Below the pieces are notes generated by a model. It made no database searches and had not been told where the DNA came from. It saw nothing but the letters and a program-made list of their open reading frames with translations. Position numbers and translations under genes: made by a program. Shown here in pieces: positions 1 through 11,700 of a stretch of DNA of 64,000 bases (positions within the stretch are counted from its first letter, which is position 1; each line of letters starts with the position of its first letter). The DNA is from a bacterium (GTDB lineage: Bacteria > SZUA-182 > DTGQ01 > JAFGSM01): assembly GCA_049472315.1 (NCBI GenBank), contig JBLIRN010000001.1:32001-96000 (forward strand). The letters run 5' to 3'.

Positions 1-475
1 AGGAATAAAATCCCTTGAGGACCTTATTGATTCGAGACGATAGTCAAAAGGTGCTCAGCGCTTTTGATTTTGACATGGATCGCCTCGGGCAGACATAGTT
101 GCTTCGACAAAACTTTGTGAGGCGGAGCGAAGCGACGCACTATGTTACTCTTTTCAATTACAAAAAAGGCGGCAAAAAGCCTCCCTATATCGCTTTGCAC
201 TATGTCTGCCCGTGCCCCCGGCCCGAAGGGTACCATTGGAATTGCCGGACGCGTGTGCCTTGACTTTTTTCTCTGTGGTAGTAATCATAATGGAGCATGT
301 GGGCATTCATCTCCTGTCCTCGGATGCGTATCGACCGTTACCTGTCTGGGTGACAGAAGAACCCTTGAGTATACGTCATGGTTGCATGAATCCTTGCGAG
401 AAGAAATCCCTGTGCGCTATGATTTTACACCAGGTGTAGGGGCGTTGCTCATGAAAAGAAGAGAGGTGGAAAGAC

Positions 476-709
476 ATGAAAATCATTAGGAGGATCGTGT
501 ACGTCGTCGTCATCCTGCTTGTTTTCATTGCCTTCGTATTCTTCGGAGGGGGAGGCGTCCTGGTGAAAGTCGGTGAAAGCATGGAAAAGTGGGAGCTTTC
601 CATGAAAAAGAGCATCGGCGGCTTCTGCAAGCAGGGTGAGAAGCGACTCAAGTCAAAGGCGGGAAAGGTCGCAAAGAAGCTCCCGAGCAGCAAGGATCTC
701 ACCAACTAG
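476..709 (+). CDS. small membrane-anchored hypothetical protein (77 aa)
   Basis: GAGG RBS upstream, N-terminal hydrophobic helix, Lys-rich tail; stop overlaps ispG start. Confidence 0.6.
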   Translation: MKIIRRIVYVVVILLVFIAFVFFGGGGVLVKVGESMEKWELSMKKSIGGFCKQGEKRLKSKAGKVAKKLPSSKDLTN

Positions 710-1785
710 TGAACATCGAGCGGAGAACAACCAGACGGATCCGGGTGCGGGATGTCCCTGTGGGCGGCGGTGCACCCATATCAATACAGTCCATGACCAA
801 AACAGACACCAGGGATGTGTCTTCGACCCTTGCCCAGATAAAATCCCTGGCGGATGCCGGGTGTGAAATCATACGGGTGTCCGTGCCTGATCGGGAGTCG
901 GCGGAATCAATCGGGGCGATCAGCAATTCCTCTCCGATCCCCGTTATAGCGGATTGCCATTTCGATCATCGGCTCGCCCTCGAGGCCCTTCGCCAGGGTG
1001 TCGACGGCATTCGAATAAATCCGGGAAACATCGGTGCCAAGGATCGGGTGGCGGCGATCATCCGCGAGGCCAAGGCACGCCAGGTTCCCATCCGGATCGG
1101 GGTCAATGCCGGCTCATTGGAACGGGATATCCATGAACGGTTCGGGGGGGTGACCCCGGAGGCCCTTGTTGAAAGTGCATTGAGGCACATTGCCCTCTTC
1201 GAGTCGGAGGGATTCGATCAGATCAAGATCTCCCTGAAGTCCTCCCACGTGGGGGTGACCATCGATGCCTACCGCCTGATGGCGGAAAAGACACACTATC
1301 CCCTTCACCTCGGTCTCACCGAGGCGGGCGGCCCCTTCAGCGCCCCTATAAAGTCCGCCGTCACCATGGGGATCCTGCTTGCAGAGGGAATCGGGGACAC
1401 CATCCGGGTTTCCATTACCGGCGACCCTCTGATCGAGGTGAGGGCGGGATTCGAAATACTTCGCGCCTTAGACATTCGTCGCAGGGGGGTGGAGGTCGTT
1501 TCCTGCCCCACCTGTGCCCGGTGCAAAATAGACCTTTTCGGATTGGCCCGGCAGATCGAGGCGGCGGTCGCCGCCATGACGATTCCCCTGCGCGTAGCGG
1601 TTATGGGATGCGTGGTGAACGGTCCGGGCGAGGCCAGGGATGCGGACGTCGGGGTTGCAGGCGGAGCGGGCAAGGGGGTGATCTTCCGCAAAGGGGAGAT
1701 CGTCCGGTCGGTCAAGGAGGGGGAACTGGTTCAGGCATTGCTCGCCGAGATACAGGGGATTATCGGCGGGATTGACAAGGGGTGA
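709..1785 (+). CDS. ispG: 4-hydroxy-3-methylbut-2-en-1-yl diphosphate synthase (IspG/GcpE)
   Basis: QSMTKTDT, RINPGNIG, RIGVNAGSL, SCPTCARC and GCVVNGPGE [4Fe-4S] motifs. Confidence 0.97.
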   Translation: MNIERRTTRRIRVRDVPVGGGAPISIQSMTKTDTRDVSSTLAQIKSLADAGCEIIRVSVPDRESAESIGAISNSSPIPVIADCHFDHRLALEALRQGVDGIRINPGNIGAKDRVAAIIREAKARQVPIRIGVNAGSLERDIHERFGGVTPEALVESALRHIALFESEGFDQIKISLKSSHVGVTIDAYRLMAEKTHYPLHLGLTEAGGPFSAPIKSAVTMGILLAEGIGDTIRVSITGDPLIEVRAGFEILRALDIRRRGVEVVSCPTCARCKIDLFGLARQIEAAVAAMTIPLRVAVMGCVVNGPGEARDADVGVAGGAGKGVIFRKGEIVRSVKEGELVQALLAEIQGIIGGIDKG

Positions 1786-2159
1786 ACATGTACAGACTTA
1801 CGGTGGAATCGGGTTTTGCGTCGGCCCATCAGCTCAGGGAATACGAGGGGAAGTGTGAAAGGCTCCATGGACACAACTGGCGCGTCCAGGTGACGGTGAA
1901 GACCGAACGGTTGAACAGGATCGGTATCGGCATCGATTTCAAGCTCATGAAGACATGGCTCAACGAGATCCTTTCCGTGCTCGATCATGCCTTCCTGAAT
2001 GAGGTTCCGCCGTTTACCCTGCAAAACCCCTCGTCGGAAAATCTTGCACGGTATATATTTGAGGAATTTGAAAAGAGGATTGAAGGTGAGCCCGTGCAGG
2101 TGGAATGGGTGAGGGTGTGGGAGTCGGCCGGTGCGTGCGCGCAATACAGCGAAGAATAG
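1782..2159 (+). CDS. queD: 6-carboxy-5,6,7,8-tetrahydropterin synthase
   Basis: FASAH, CERLHGHNW, LDHAFLN, NPSSENLA, VWES motifs. Confidence 0.93.
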   Translation: MNMYRLTVESGFASAHQLREYEGKCERLHGHNWRVQVTVKTERLNRIGIGIDFKLMKTWLNEILSVLDHAFLNEVPPFTLQNPSSENLARYIFEEFEKRIEGEPVQVEWVRVWESAGACAQYSEE

Positions 2160-2249
2160 AGACATTCGGCCCCGATTATGCTTTACTTTATTGCAGCAGT
2201 GTGATACATTTATTAATTGTATTTTGCATAAGAAAGGAGGTTTAGAGCG

Positions 2250-2519
2250 ATGACACTCGCCAAGGAACAAAAACAAGAACTCATCAACACCTATAAGCTT
2301 CATGAGCAGGATACAGGGTCACCGGAGGTGCAGATTGCCATATTGAGCGGCAGGATATCGTATCTGACCGAGCATTTCAAGGTACACAAGAAGGATCATC
2401 ATTCCCGCAGGGGGCTCCTCAAGCTGGTCGGTCAGCGTCGCAGGCTTTTGAATTATCTCAAGGACAAGGACATGGGTCGATATAAGACGATTATCGACAG
2501 GCTGGGCCTCAGAAAATAG
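2250..2519 (+). CDS. rpsO: 30S ribosomal protein S15
   Basis: [41 protein letters not shown]. Confidence 0.99.
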   Translation: MTLAKEQKQELINTYKLHEQDTGSPEVQIAILSGRISYLTEHFKVHKKDHHSRRGLLKLVGQRRRLLNYLKDKDMGRYKTIIDRLGLRK

Positions 2520-2545
2520 GATGGAGGAAAGGGACGTGGAGGTAA

Positions 2546-4789
2546 GTGTACATGGTTGAAATGCTTGAAATGGAATTCGGCGGAAGGACGTTGACCATCA
2601 CCACCGGGCTGATGGCGAAGCAGGCGAACGGGTCGGCAACAGTCAGATACGGGGACACGGTGGTGCTGGTAAGCGCGGTGAGCGCCAAGGAGGGCAGGGA
2701 GGGGATTGATTTTTTCCCCCTGACCGTCAATTATATGGAAAAATCATATGCAGCGGGAAAGATTCCGGGAGGATTCTTCAAGCGAGAGGGAAGGCCCGGA
2801 GAAAAGGAAACCCTCACCGCACGGTTGATCGATCGTCCCATCCGTCCCCTTTTCCCAAAGGGATTTTCAAAGGAGACCCAGGTCATCGCCATGGTGCTCT
2901 CCGCCGACCAGGAGAATGACCCGGATTTCCTCTCCCTGATCGGCGCCTCCTGCGCACTCCATATCTCCTCCATCCCCTTTCTGGAGCCGGTGGGCGCAGT
3001 CAGGGTCGGGATGATCGGGGACGAATTCATCGTCAATCCGACCTATACACAGCTCGAGGAGAGCAGCATCAACATCATTGTCGCCGGCACAAGGGATGCG
3101 GTCACCATGGTCGAGGGAATGGCCAAGGAGGTGTCCGAAGAGGTGATGCTGGGTGCCATATTCTTCGCTCATGAGCAGTTTCAGCCCATTATCGACCTGC
3201 AGGAGCGGCTGAGGGAAAAGGTCGGCCTGGCCAAGCAAGAGGTGGAGGAGAAATCGATCGATTCCGGCCTTGTCGAAAAGGTGCGGGAATTTGCCGGCCC
3301 GCTCATCGAGGAGGGGATCTTCATTCCAGGAAAGCTGGAACGAAGCTGCAGGCTTGCCGAGATCACCGATCAGGCGCTCGAACAATTCGCCTCCGACGAG
3401 GAGGATCAGGAGACCCGGCGTGCGGTCAAGACCGTCGTCGAGGACGTCATCAAGGAGATCGCCCGCACCCAGATCCTTTCACATAAGAAAAGACCGGACG
3501 GGAGGGCCTGGGATGTAATAAGGCCCATTGATTCCCGCGTGGCGATTCTGCCCAGGACGCATGGCTCAGCCCTTTTCACGAGGGGGGAGACCCAGGCGCT
3601 GGCCATTGCAACCCTCGGCACCCCCGAGGATGAAAAAAAGATCGATGACCTGCTGGGCGAGCGGTACAAGAGCTTTATGCTCCATTACAACTTCCCGCCC
3701 TTCAGCGTGGGTGAGGTGAAGTTTCTGGGATCCCCGGGGCGCAGGGAGATCGGGCATGGTGTCCTGGCCGAACGGGCCATTCAGGCCGTGATCCCCTCTC
3801 AGGAGATCTTCCCCTATACGATCCGCATCGTGTCCGATGTCCTGGAATCGAACGGCTCATCATCCATGGCCTCGGTGTGCGGCGGCACCCTCTCCCTCAT
3901 GGACGCCGGGGTTCCTATACGGTCACCTGTCGCGGGGATTGCCATGGGACTGGTAAAGGAGGGGGATGAATTCGCCATCCTGAGCGATATCATGGGAATG
4001 GAGGACCACCTGGGGGATATGGATTTCAAGGTGGCCGGTACCCGTGAGGGAATCACCGCCTTCCAGATGGATGTGAAGATCGCGGGGGTGACCAAGGAGA
4101 TCATGGCCCAGGCCCTCACGCAGGCGCGGGAGGGCAGGATGACCATCCTGGACAAGATGATGGAGGCGCTGGCGAGCCCCAGGCCGAATATCTCGCAGTA
4201 CGCACCAAAGATCCTCTTCGTCCAGATCCCCAAGGAAAAGATAGGACTGGTCATCGGCCCCGGCGGGAAGACCATCCGTGGGCTCATTGACCAGACCGGG
4301 GTGAAGATCGATATCGACGACGAAGGGAAGGTCACCATCTCCTCCACTGAGGAGGACAAGAACAAGGAGGCCCGGGACCGGATACTCGCCCTTATCGAGG
4401 AACCGGAGGTCGGGAAGGTGTACGAAGGGGTGGTGAAGAAGATCTGCGAGTTCGGGGCCTTCGTCGAAATCCTCCCCAGCACCGACGGGCTTCTCCACAA
4501 AACGGAGATCAGTTACAACTTCGTACGACGAGTGGAGGACGAGCTCAAGGATGGCGACAAGATCCAGGTCAAGGTCATCGACATCGATCCCGAAGGCAAG
4601 GTGAAACTGAGTCACAAGGAGCTCCTCCCCAAGCCGGAGGGGTATGTTCCTCCCCCTCCCCATCATCGCCCCCCGCGTCACGATGACAGGGATCGTCGTT
4701 ACGACCGGGGCAGACCCTCGCACTCCAGGGATGGAGGGCGATTCCGGCAGGATCGCGATCCACGCCGCGGCGGCGGGGGACGCCATTGA
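2546..4789 (+). CDS. pnp: polyribonucleotide nucleotidyltransferase
   Basis: IPGGFFKREG, RREIGHG, ESNGSSSMAS, GDMDFKVAG, KH and S1 domains; follows rpsO. Confidence 0.98.
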   Translation: MYMVEMLEMEFGGRTLTITTGLMAKQANGSATVRYGDTVVLVSAVSAKEGREGIDFFPLTVNYMEKSYAAGKIPGGFFKREGRPGEKETLTARLIDRPIRPLFPKGFSKETQVIAMVLSADQENDPDFLSLIGASCALHISSIPFLEPVGAVRVGMIGDEFIVNPTYTQLEESSINIIVAGTRDAVTMVEGMAKEVSEEVMLGAIFFAHEQFQPIIDLQERLREKVGLAKQEVEEKSIDSGLVEKVREFAGPLIEEGIFIPGKLERSCRLAEITDQALEQFASDEEDQETRRAVKTVVEDVIKEIARTQILSHKKRPDGRAWDVIRPIDSRVAILPRTHGSALFTRGETQALAIATLGTPEDEKKIDDLLGERYKSFMLHYNFPPFSVGEVKFLGSPGRREIGHGVLAERAIQAVIPSQEIFPYTIRIVSDVLESNGSSSMASVCGGTLSLMDAGVPIRSPVAGIAMGLVKEGDEFAILSDIMGMEDHLGDMDFKVAGTREGITAFQMDVKIAGVTKEIMAQALTQAREGRMTILDKMMEALASPRPNISQYAPKILFVQIPKEKIGLVIGPGGKTIRGLIDQTGVKIDIDDEGKVTISSTEEDKNKEARDRILALIEEPEVGKVYEGVVKKICEFGAFVEILPSTDGLLHKTEISYNFVRRVEDELKDGDKIQVKVIDIDPEGKVKLSHKELLPKPEGYVPPPPHHRPPRHDDRDRRYDRGRPSHSRDGGRFRQDRDPRRGGGGRH

Positions 4790-6066
4790 GCCCGGAGGAA
4801 TTCACGGGCCAGTACCGGGAATCGACCCTGGAGAACGGCATGCGGGTGGTCACCGAGCGCCTCCCTTTTGTGCGTTCCGTGGCCTTCGGCTTCTGGATCG
4901 TCGGGGGGTCCAGGGTTGAACCGCAGCCGGTGAACGGGATCACCCATTTCATCGAGCATATGCTCTTCAAGGGCACCAAAAGCCGTTCAGCCCGCGATAT
5001 CGCCATTGAAATCGATTCCATGGGCGGTCACCTCGATGCCTTCACCTCGCGGGAATACACCTGCTTTCTGGCAAACTGTCTCGATGAAAACCTTCCCAAG
5101 GCCATGGACCTCGTGATCGACATCCTTTTGAATCCCCTCTTTCCCGAGGATGAGCTGGAGCGGGAAAGGGCGGTGATACTTGAGGAGATCCGGTCCATCG
5201 AGGATACCCCGGACGATTACATCCATGATCTCCTGACCCAGGGATTCTGGCAGGGGCATCCCCTGGGAAGGCCGATCATCGGGGTGCGGTCCACGGTGGG
5301 ATCCCTGTCCTGCCCCATCCTGAGGGATTACTACAAAAAGGCATACCAGCCCCAGGAGATCATACTGGCTGCAGCCGGGAATCTGGACCACGAACAATTC
5401 GTGGACATGGTGCGCGACGCCATCCCCGCTGCGCAGGACTCCCATTCATTCGCCATGGAACCGCCGCCCGGTATTGTCCCCCACATTGCGGTGAAGGAGA
5501 AGGAACTGGAGCAGGTGCACATCTGCCTGGGAACCGCAGGTCTGTCCCAGACGGATGATGCGCGATACGCCGGATACCTCCTCAATACCATACTGGGAAG
5601 CGGCTTGAGCTCCCGCCTCTTTCAGACCATCCGCGAGGAAAGAGGGCTCGCCTACGCGGTCTATTCATACTGGTCCTCGTACCGGGACGCCGGGATGCTG
5701 GTGGTATACGCCGGAACGAAAAAGGAGAGCGCGGAAGAGGTGACGGATTTGATTCTTAAGGAGTTCCGGAGGCTCAAGGAACACGATGTGCCGGATGACG
5801 AGCTGAACAAGGCTCAGAATCAGCTCAAGGGAAATATGATGCTCGGGCTTGAAAGCACCATCAATCGCATGAGCAGGCTTGCCAAGCAGGAGATGTACTT
5901 CGGGCGGCATTTCACCCTCAACGAGACATTGGAGGCCATCGAGCGGGTCACCGGTGCGGACATTGCAGCACTTGCAAATCGGATCATGGATACACAATAT
6001 CTCAATCTGGCCACCATCGGGCCCCTGAACGGGATTTCGATCGGGAAAAGGCCCCTGACCTGTTGA
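4786..6066 (+). CDS. M16 family zinc peptidase
   Basis: Inverted zinc motif HFIEH in GITHFIEHMLFKGT; SSRLFQTIREERGLAY; typical position after pnp. Confidence 0.93.
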   Translation: MSPEEFTGQYRESTLENGMRVVTERLPFVRSVAFGFWIVGGSRVEPQPVNGITHFIEHMLFKGTKSRSARDIAIEIDSMGGHLDAFTSREYTCFLANCLDENLPKAMDLVIDILLNPLFPEDELERERAVILEEIRSIEDTPDDYIHDLLTQGFWQGHPLGRPIIGVRSTVGSLSCPILRDYYKKAYQPQEIILAAAGNLDHEQFVDMVRDAIPAAQDSHSFAMEPPPGIVPHIAVKEKELEQVHICLGTAGLSQTDDARYAGYLLNTILGSGLSSRLFQTIREERGLAYAVYSYWSSYRDAGMLVVYAGTKKESAEEVTDLILKEFRRLKEHDVPDDELNKAQNQLKGNMMLGLESTINRMSRLAKQEMYFGRHFTLNETLEAIERVTGADIAALANRIMDTQYLNLATIGPLNGISIGKRPLTC

Positions 6067-6076
6067 TACAAGGCGT

Positions 6077-6526
6077 ATGCATAGACTCAACATTTCCATC
6101 AAACGACTCGCAGGGAACCATGACATCCCCTATCCAACCTATATGACCTCGCATGCATCGGGGATGGACATCTTTGCAGCAGTACCACAGACCGTTAGCA
6201 TACAACCGGGGGAACGGGCGGTAATCCCCACCGGTATCGCCATTGCGATCCCCACCGGGTACGAGGCACAGATACGCCCCCGGAGCGGGCTGGCGCTCAA
6301 GCACGGCATCGGTCTTCTGAACACCCCCGGCACCATCGATGCGGATTACCGGGGTGAGATACGGGTCATCCTCATCAATCTCGGGCACCTGCCGTTTGAG
6401 GTCAAACGGGGGGACCGGATCGCTCAGATGGTCATTCAACCGGTCATCACTGCATCCTGGGAAGAGGTGAGCGACCTGCCCGATTCCGAGAGGATGGAGG
6501 GCGGATTCGGCCATACCGGAACCTGA
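6077..6526 (+). CDS. dut: dUTP diphosphatase
   Basis: SGMDI, RPRSGLA, GTIDADYRGE, RIAQM, GGFGHTG motifs. Confidence 0.97.
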   Translation: MHRLNISIKRLAGNHDIPYPTYMTSHASGMDIFAAVPQTVSIQPGERAVIPTGIAIAIPTGYEAQIRPRSGLALKHGIGLLNTPGTIDADYRGEIRVILINLGHLPFEVKRGDRIAQMVIQPVITASWEEVSDLPDSERMEGGFGHTGT

Positions 6527-6552
6527 ACGCCGCAGGGAGGGGGGAGCGGGGA

Positions 6553-7359
6553 GTGAAGATCTGTGTATTGGGAAGCGGGAGTTCCGGCAACGCCACGCTG
6601 GTGGCGTCAGCCAGGGCCAGGGTGCTTGTCGATGCGGGATTCAGTTGCCGGGAGATTGTGCGGCGGCTCTCCTCGATAGGGATCAGCCCCGAGGATCTGC
6701 ACGGGGTCGTAGTATCCCATGAGCACACAGACCACCTGAGGGGGCTGGAGACCCTCAGCAAGCGGCTCGACATCCCCATATACCTCAGCCGGGGGACATG
6801 GGACGCCATCAGGCATGACAAGGGGAGCCGGTTCAGGAACGTGCGCACCTTTTCCCCGGGCAAACAGTTCGACATCGAGGATATTACGTTCGAATCCTTC
6901 TCCGTGCTCCATGACGCCGCCGATCCGGTCGGCTTCTGCATCCACAGCGGAGGGGCAAAGCTGGGGGTGGCGACCGACCTGGGAAAAACCACGCACCTGG
7001 TGAGGGAATCCCTCCGAGGGTCCCATTGCCTCATACTCGAATCGAACCACGATCCCGGCATGCTGGTGCGCGGCCCCTATCCATGGTGGCTCAAGCAGCG
7101 GATCAAGGGAATGTTCGGGCACCTCTCCAACGAGGATTCCTCCTCCCTCCTATCGGACCTCTTGCACAGCGATCTCAGCCACGTGGTGCTGGCGCACCTG
7201 AGCCAGGTCAACAACCAGGAGGAGATGGCACATCTCAACGCCCTGCGGGTGCTCCGGGAAAAGGACTGTCACCACATTCAGGTCCGGGTCGCCGGGCAGG
7301 ACTGTGTCACCGATCCCATTCTCGTGGGCGAGGACGCGCAGCAATCGGGGTGTTGTTGA
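6553..7359 (+). CDS. MBL-fold metallo-hydrolase (YycJ/WalJ-like)
   Basis: LGSGSSGN, SHEHTDH, HDA, LESNHD, GHLSN, LAHLS motifs. Confidence 0.88.
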   Translation: MKICVLGSGSSGNATLVASARARVLVDAGFSCREIVRRLSSIGISPEDLHGVVVSHEHTDHLRGLETLSKRLDIPIYLSRGTWDAIRHDKGSRFRNVRTFSPGKQFDIEDITFESFSVLHDAADPVGFCIHSGGAKLGVATDLGKTTHLVRESLRGSHCLILESNHDPGMLVRGPYPWWLKQRIKGMFGHLSNEDSSSLLSDLLHSDLSHVVLAHLSQVNNQEEMAHLNALRVLREKDCHHIQVRVAGQDCVTDPILVGEDAQQSGCC

Positions 7360-7396
7360 GCAATTATTGCGGATTGAATAACTATCGGGGGACAGG

Positions 7397-8737
7397 ATGA
7401 TAGAACGCTATACACGGCCCGAGATGGGGGGCATCTGGGAGCCTGAGAACAAGTTCCGGATCTGGCTGCGGATAGAGATCCTCGCCTGTGAGGCCTGGGC
7501 ACGAATGGGCGTCGTACCCGAGACGGCCCTGGCGGTCATCAAGGAGAAGGCGGGATTCGACATCCAGCGTATCGACGAGATCGAACGAAAGGTCAAACAC
7601 GACGTCATTGCCTTCCTTACCTGCGTTTCGGAGCGCGTGGGGGAGTATGCGCGGTACATCCATATGGGAATGACCTCCTCGGATGTCCTGGATACCTGCC
7701 TGGGCATCCAGCTCACCCAGGCATCGGACATCCTGATCGGGGATTGCAGGGCGCTGCTCGATGTGCTCAAGAAAAGGGCGTTTCAGTATCGCCTGGCGGC
7801 CATGATCGGCCGCTCCCACGGCGTGCATGCCGAGCCCATCACCTTCGGACTCAAGATGGCCCTCTGGTATGCAGAGATGGAACGGGATATACACCGCATG
7901 GAAAGGGCCCGGGATTCCATAAGGGTGGGGAAGATCTCCGGTGCCGTAGGGACCTTCGCCAACTGCCCCCCTGAGATAGAGGCATATGTATGCGAACATT
8001 TGGGGCTCACCCCTGCCTCCATCTCAACCCAGATCGTCCAGAGGGACCGGTTGGCCGAATTCTTTGCCACCCTGGCGATCATCGCCTCGTCGCTCGACAA
8101 ATTCGCCCTGGAGATCCGTCATCTTCAACGAACGGAGGTGCTCGAGGTGGAGGAGTGCTTCACCCCCGGGCAAAAGGGGTCTTCGGCGATGCCCCACAAG
8201 CGGAACCCCGTCGTATCCGAGCAGATCTGCGGGCTCGCCCGCCTGGTCAGATCCAATGCCCAGGCGGCCCTGGAGAACGTGGCCCTGTGGCATGAGCGTG
8301 ATATCAGCCACTCCTCCGTGGAACGGATTATATGCCCTGACACCACCATTCTGCTTGACCATATGCTCACCCGCTTTACCCGGCTCATGGACAACCTCCT
8401 GGTCTATCCGGAGCGTATGAGGGAAAATCTGGAGCTCACCGGGGGGCTGATTTTTTCGCAGCGGGTGCTCCTGGAATTGGTGAAGAAGGGGATGAGCAGG
8501 GAGGATGCCTACGGTGTCGTTCAAAGGAATGCCATGAAGGGATGGCAGCGCAGAGGGGAATTCAAGGCATCCCTTGAAAGGGACCCGTCCGTGAAGAACG
8601 TCCTTACCAAGGGGGATCTGGAGAATGCCTTCTCCATGCACTATCACCTGCAGCACGTAAACACGATCTTCAACCGGGTGTTTGGAGATCAGCCTGCCGA
8701 GGGTAACGTCCCGATGGATGCGGCAGGAGCGGCATAG
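7397..8737 (+). CDS. purB: adenylosuccinate lyase
   Basis: MIERY start, HDVIAF, GRSHGVHAEP, GSSAMPHKRNP signature. Confidence 0.98.
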   Translation: MIERYTRPEMGGIWEPENKFRIWLRIEILACEAWARMGVVPETALAVIKEKAGFDIQRIDEIERKVKHDVIAFLTCVSERVGEYARYIHMGMTSSDVLDTCLGIQLTQASDILIGDCRALLDVLKKRAFQYRLAAMIGRSHGVHAEPITFGLKMALWYAEMERDIHRMERARDSIRVGKISGAVGTFANCPPEIEAYVCEHLGLTPASISTQIVQRDRLAEFFATLAIIASSLDKFALEIRHLQRTEVLEVEECFTPGQKGSSAMPHKRNPVVSEQICGLARLVRSNAQAALENVALWHERDISHSSVERIICPDTTILLDHMLTRFTRLMDNLLVYPERMRENLELTGGLIFSQRVLLELVKKGMSREDAYGVVQRNAMKGWQRRGEFKASLERDPSVKNVLTKGDLENAFSMHYHLQHVNTIFNRVFGDQPAEGNVPMDAAGAA

Positions 8738-8741
8738 CCCC

Positions 8742-11700
8742 TCAAGGCCTGCTCTGGGATGCCTCCTCGACCATTTGCAGGAATCCCCCCAATTTATCCC
8801 TGCGGTACCGCCTGAAGTATCCCTCTGCAATCTTCCGCAGCCAGGAGAGGTCCTCCCGGCTGGCCTGCGCATTGACAATGTCCTGGTACGCGGCAGCATT
8901 CTCCTCCCTGGCAAAGTGTGCAATGGCGGCAAGGGAGAGTGCGCGGGAATGCTGCGGCCCGTTGCGGAGCCTGTCGGCAATGGTGAGCACCCCTTCAAGT
9001 GAATCCCTGCGCAGTTCCAGGAAGGCCGTCCTTTGGTCTTCCAGCGCATCCCGGTCGGGCTCGTCGATATCGATGAGCCGGGTGCCCTGCACCTTCTGCG
9101 CCCAGTAGTCCCCTTCCGCGAACTCCCCCTTTCTGTCCACGGCAACGATCAACTCGAAGATGCTGTTGACATTCTTGGTGGCTTCAACGGTCTCCCGGCG
9201 GAAATTCACTGCCGTATCCAGATCGGGGGATGACATCTCCTCGAATATGCTTGCCAATTGAGAGGATGGCAATGGGGTTTGGGTGCGTTCTCCAGGAATA
9301 CGTGACAGATCGAGGGCCTCGCGCGCATACCTGCCCGCGTTGTCCCAGTCGGGCTCGGGCTGCCTGCTCAGGCAATTTGCAAGCTGGTAGAGGACCCTGG
9401 CCCGTTCGGCACGCTGCTCTGATACGGGGAGGAATTCAATGGCCTCCTGGTAGTGCTGAACGGCCTTGCGCCAATCGGGCTCGGGCTTGTTCTGACAGCA
9501 AAAGGCCAGGCTGCAGAGCGTGCGTGCGCGGTCCGCAGACAGCTCCTCCGGGGTCTGAAGATTCAGCGCCTGCTCATAATAGTGGATTGCCTGATCCCAG
9601 TCAGGCGCAGGTTTGTAGTGGGAACATAACCCCAGTTGGAAGAGGGTGAGGGCGCGTTCCGCCTTCTGATCCGGATTCGTCTGGAACGTCAGGGCCTCTT
9701 GGTAATGCTCTATTGCCTTGTCCCAATCGGGCTCGGGCTGATTGTGACATAACCATGCATACTGCATCAGGGAATCCAGGAGGTCTCCGGTCTCGTTGAG
9801 TCCCTTGAAGATCGCCACGGATTCCCGGGACGCCTTCAGCGCCCCTGCCCAGTCGGGCTCGGGTTTGTTGTGCAGGCAGGACGCCAGCCAGAAGAGGATC
9901 AACCCCTGATCCGCCTTTTCCCCCTGATCCTTGACGAGGTCCATCGCCTCCTGGTAGAGACGGATGGCCTCGGCCCAGTCCGGATCAGGCTTGTTATGGA
10001 GACAGTAGGCAAGCTGGTAGATACTGATTGCCAGATCGGAGCGGTGTTTCTCGCCCTGCTGGAGGTCCATCGCCTCCCGGTAGAGCTGGATGGCCTCGGC
10101 CCATTCCGGGTCGGGTTGATTATGCAGGCAATAGGCCAGAAGGTACAATGACCGTGCACGATCCGACTCCTGGTGAGGCTCACGCTGGAGTGCTATGATG
10201 TGCCGGAAGCTTTCGATGGCCTCTCCCCAGGCGGGGTCAGGTTGGTTGTAGCAGAGCCAGGCATGCTGAATGAGGGCGTCCAGCAACTCATGAGGTCTGT
10301 CAAGCCCTTTGAAGATCTCCACCGATTCGCGCGATGCATGTATCAATTCGAGCCAGTCCGGGTCAGGCAGGTTGTGAAGGCAATAGGCCATCCAATAATA
10401 CGCCCTGGCCCGCTCGAGTTGCTGCTCGGGCTCCATGAGGATCTCCAAGGCCGCTCGATAACAGTCAGCCGCCCGTGCAAGATCCGGCTGGGGTTGCGTA
10501 TGAAGGCATGAGGCCAAGTGAACGAGGGTGATCGCCCGGTCATTTCGCTTATCCGGACCCGCCTGGAGATCCAATGCCTGCTCATAGGAGGTAATGGCCA
10601 GGGGAAGGTCGGGTTGAAGCTTGTCGTGGAGGCACGTGGCCAGTTGAACGAGGGTGCGTGCCCGCTCGTCTATTTGTTCCGGATCCGTCAGCAGTTCCAG
10701 TGCCTCTCGATAACAGGCAATGGCCTCCTCCCAGTCCGGGTTTGGTTTGGTGTGAAAACATGTGGCAAGTTGCACAAGGGCACGGGCACGGTCATGGCTC
10801 TGCCCCGGTTCCTTCAAGAGTTCCAGCGCCTTGCGATAACAGGTAATCGCCCGTGACCAGTCGGGCTCCTCCTGGTTGTGGAAACAGAATCCCATCTGGT
10901 ACAAGGTGAGACCCCGGTGCGGCAGCTCGGGGTTCTCCGTCTGGAGTTCCAGGACCTTCATGAAACAGGCGATTGCCTCGGGCCACTCCGGCTCTGTCTG
11001 GCGATAGAGGCACAACCCCAATTGGTATATTGTGTGTGCCCGTTTCTCCAGATATTTGGGGTCGTCAAGAATCTCCAGCGCCTCCCGGTATGTCTCGATC
11101 GCCTCCGGCCAATCCGGATACTCCTGATTGTGACAGATCCACGCATATTGGATGAGCGCATCCAGGAACCCCTGGGTATCGGCGCGTGCCTTCATGATCG
11201 CGATCGTTTCCAGGGACGCGGTGATCGCCCCTGCCCAGTCCGGCTCGGGCTGGTTGTAGAGGCAATAGGCGAGGCGGTGGAGGGCCTGCGCCCGCTCTGC
11301 CTGGTGCTCGGGCCCGGTGAGGATATCGAGTGCCTCCCGGTAGTACCTGACCGCCTCGACCCAGTCGGGCTCGGGCTGGTTGTAAAGGCAATAGGCGAGG
11401 CGATAGAGTGATTGTGTCCGCTCCGTTTGATGCTCGGGTCCGATCAGGTGATCGAGTGCCTCCCGATAGGAGGCGATAGCCTCGCCCCACTCGGGCTGCG
11501 GCTGATTGAACAGGCAGTAGGCGAGTTGGCACAGGATCAATGCCCGTTCAAGCCCGTGCTCGGGATCGATGAAATATGTCAGGGCCTCGTGGTAGTGGGA
11601 GATGGCCTCGTTCCAATCGGGCTTGGGCTGATTGTGCAGGCAGTATGCCAACTGGCAAAGGGTTTGCGCCCTCTCCGCATATTCCCCGGTTATGGTGAAG

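Noticed and set aside
1..475. Hairpin at about 44-67 and short ORFs at the window start
   Set aside because: No recognisable RNA family or protein motif; context truncated
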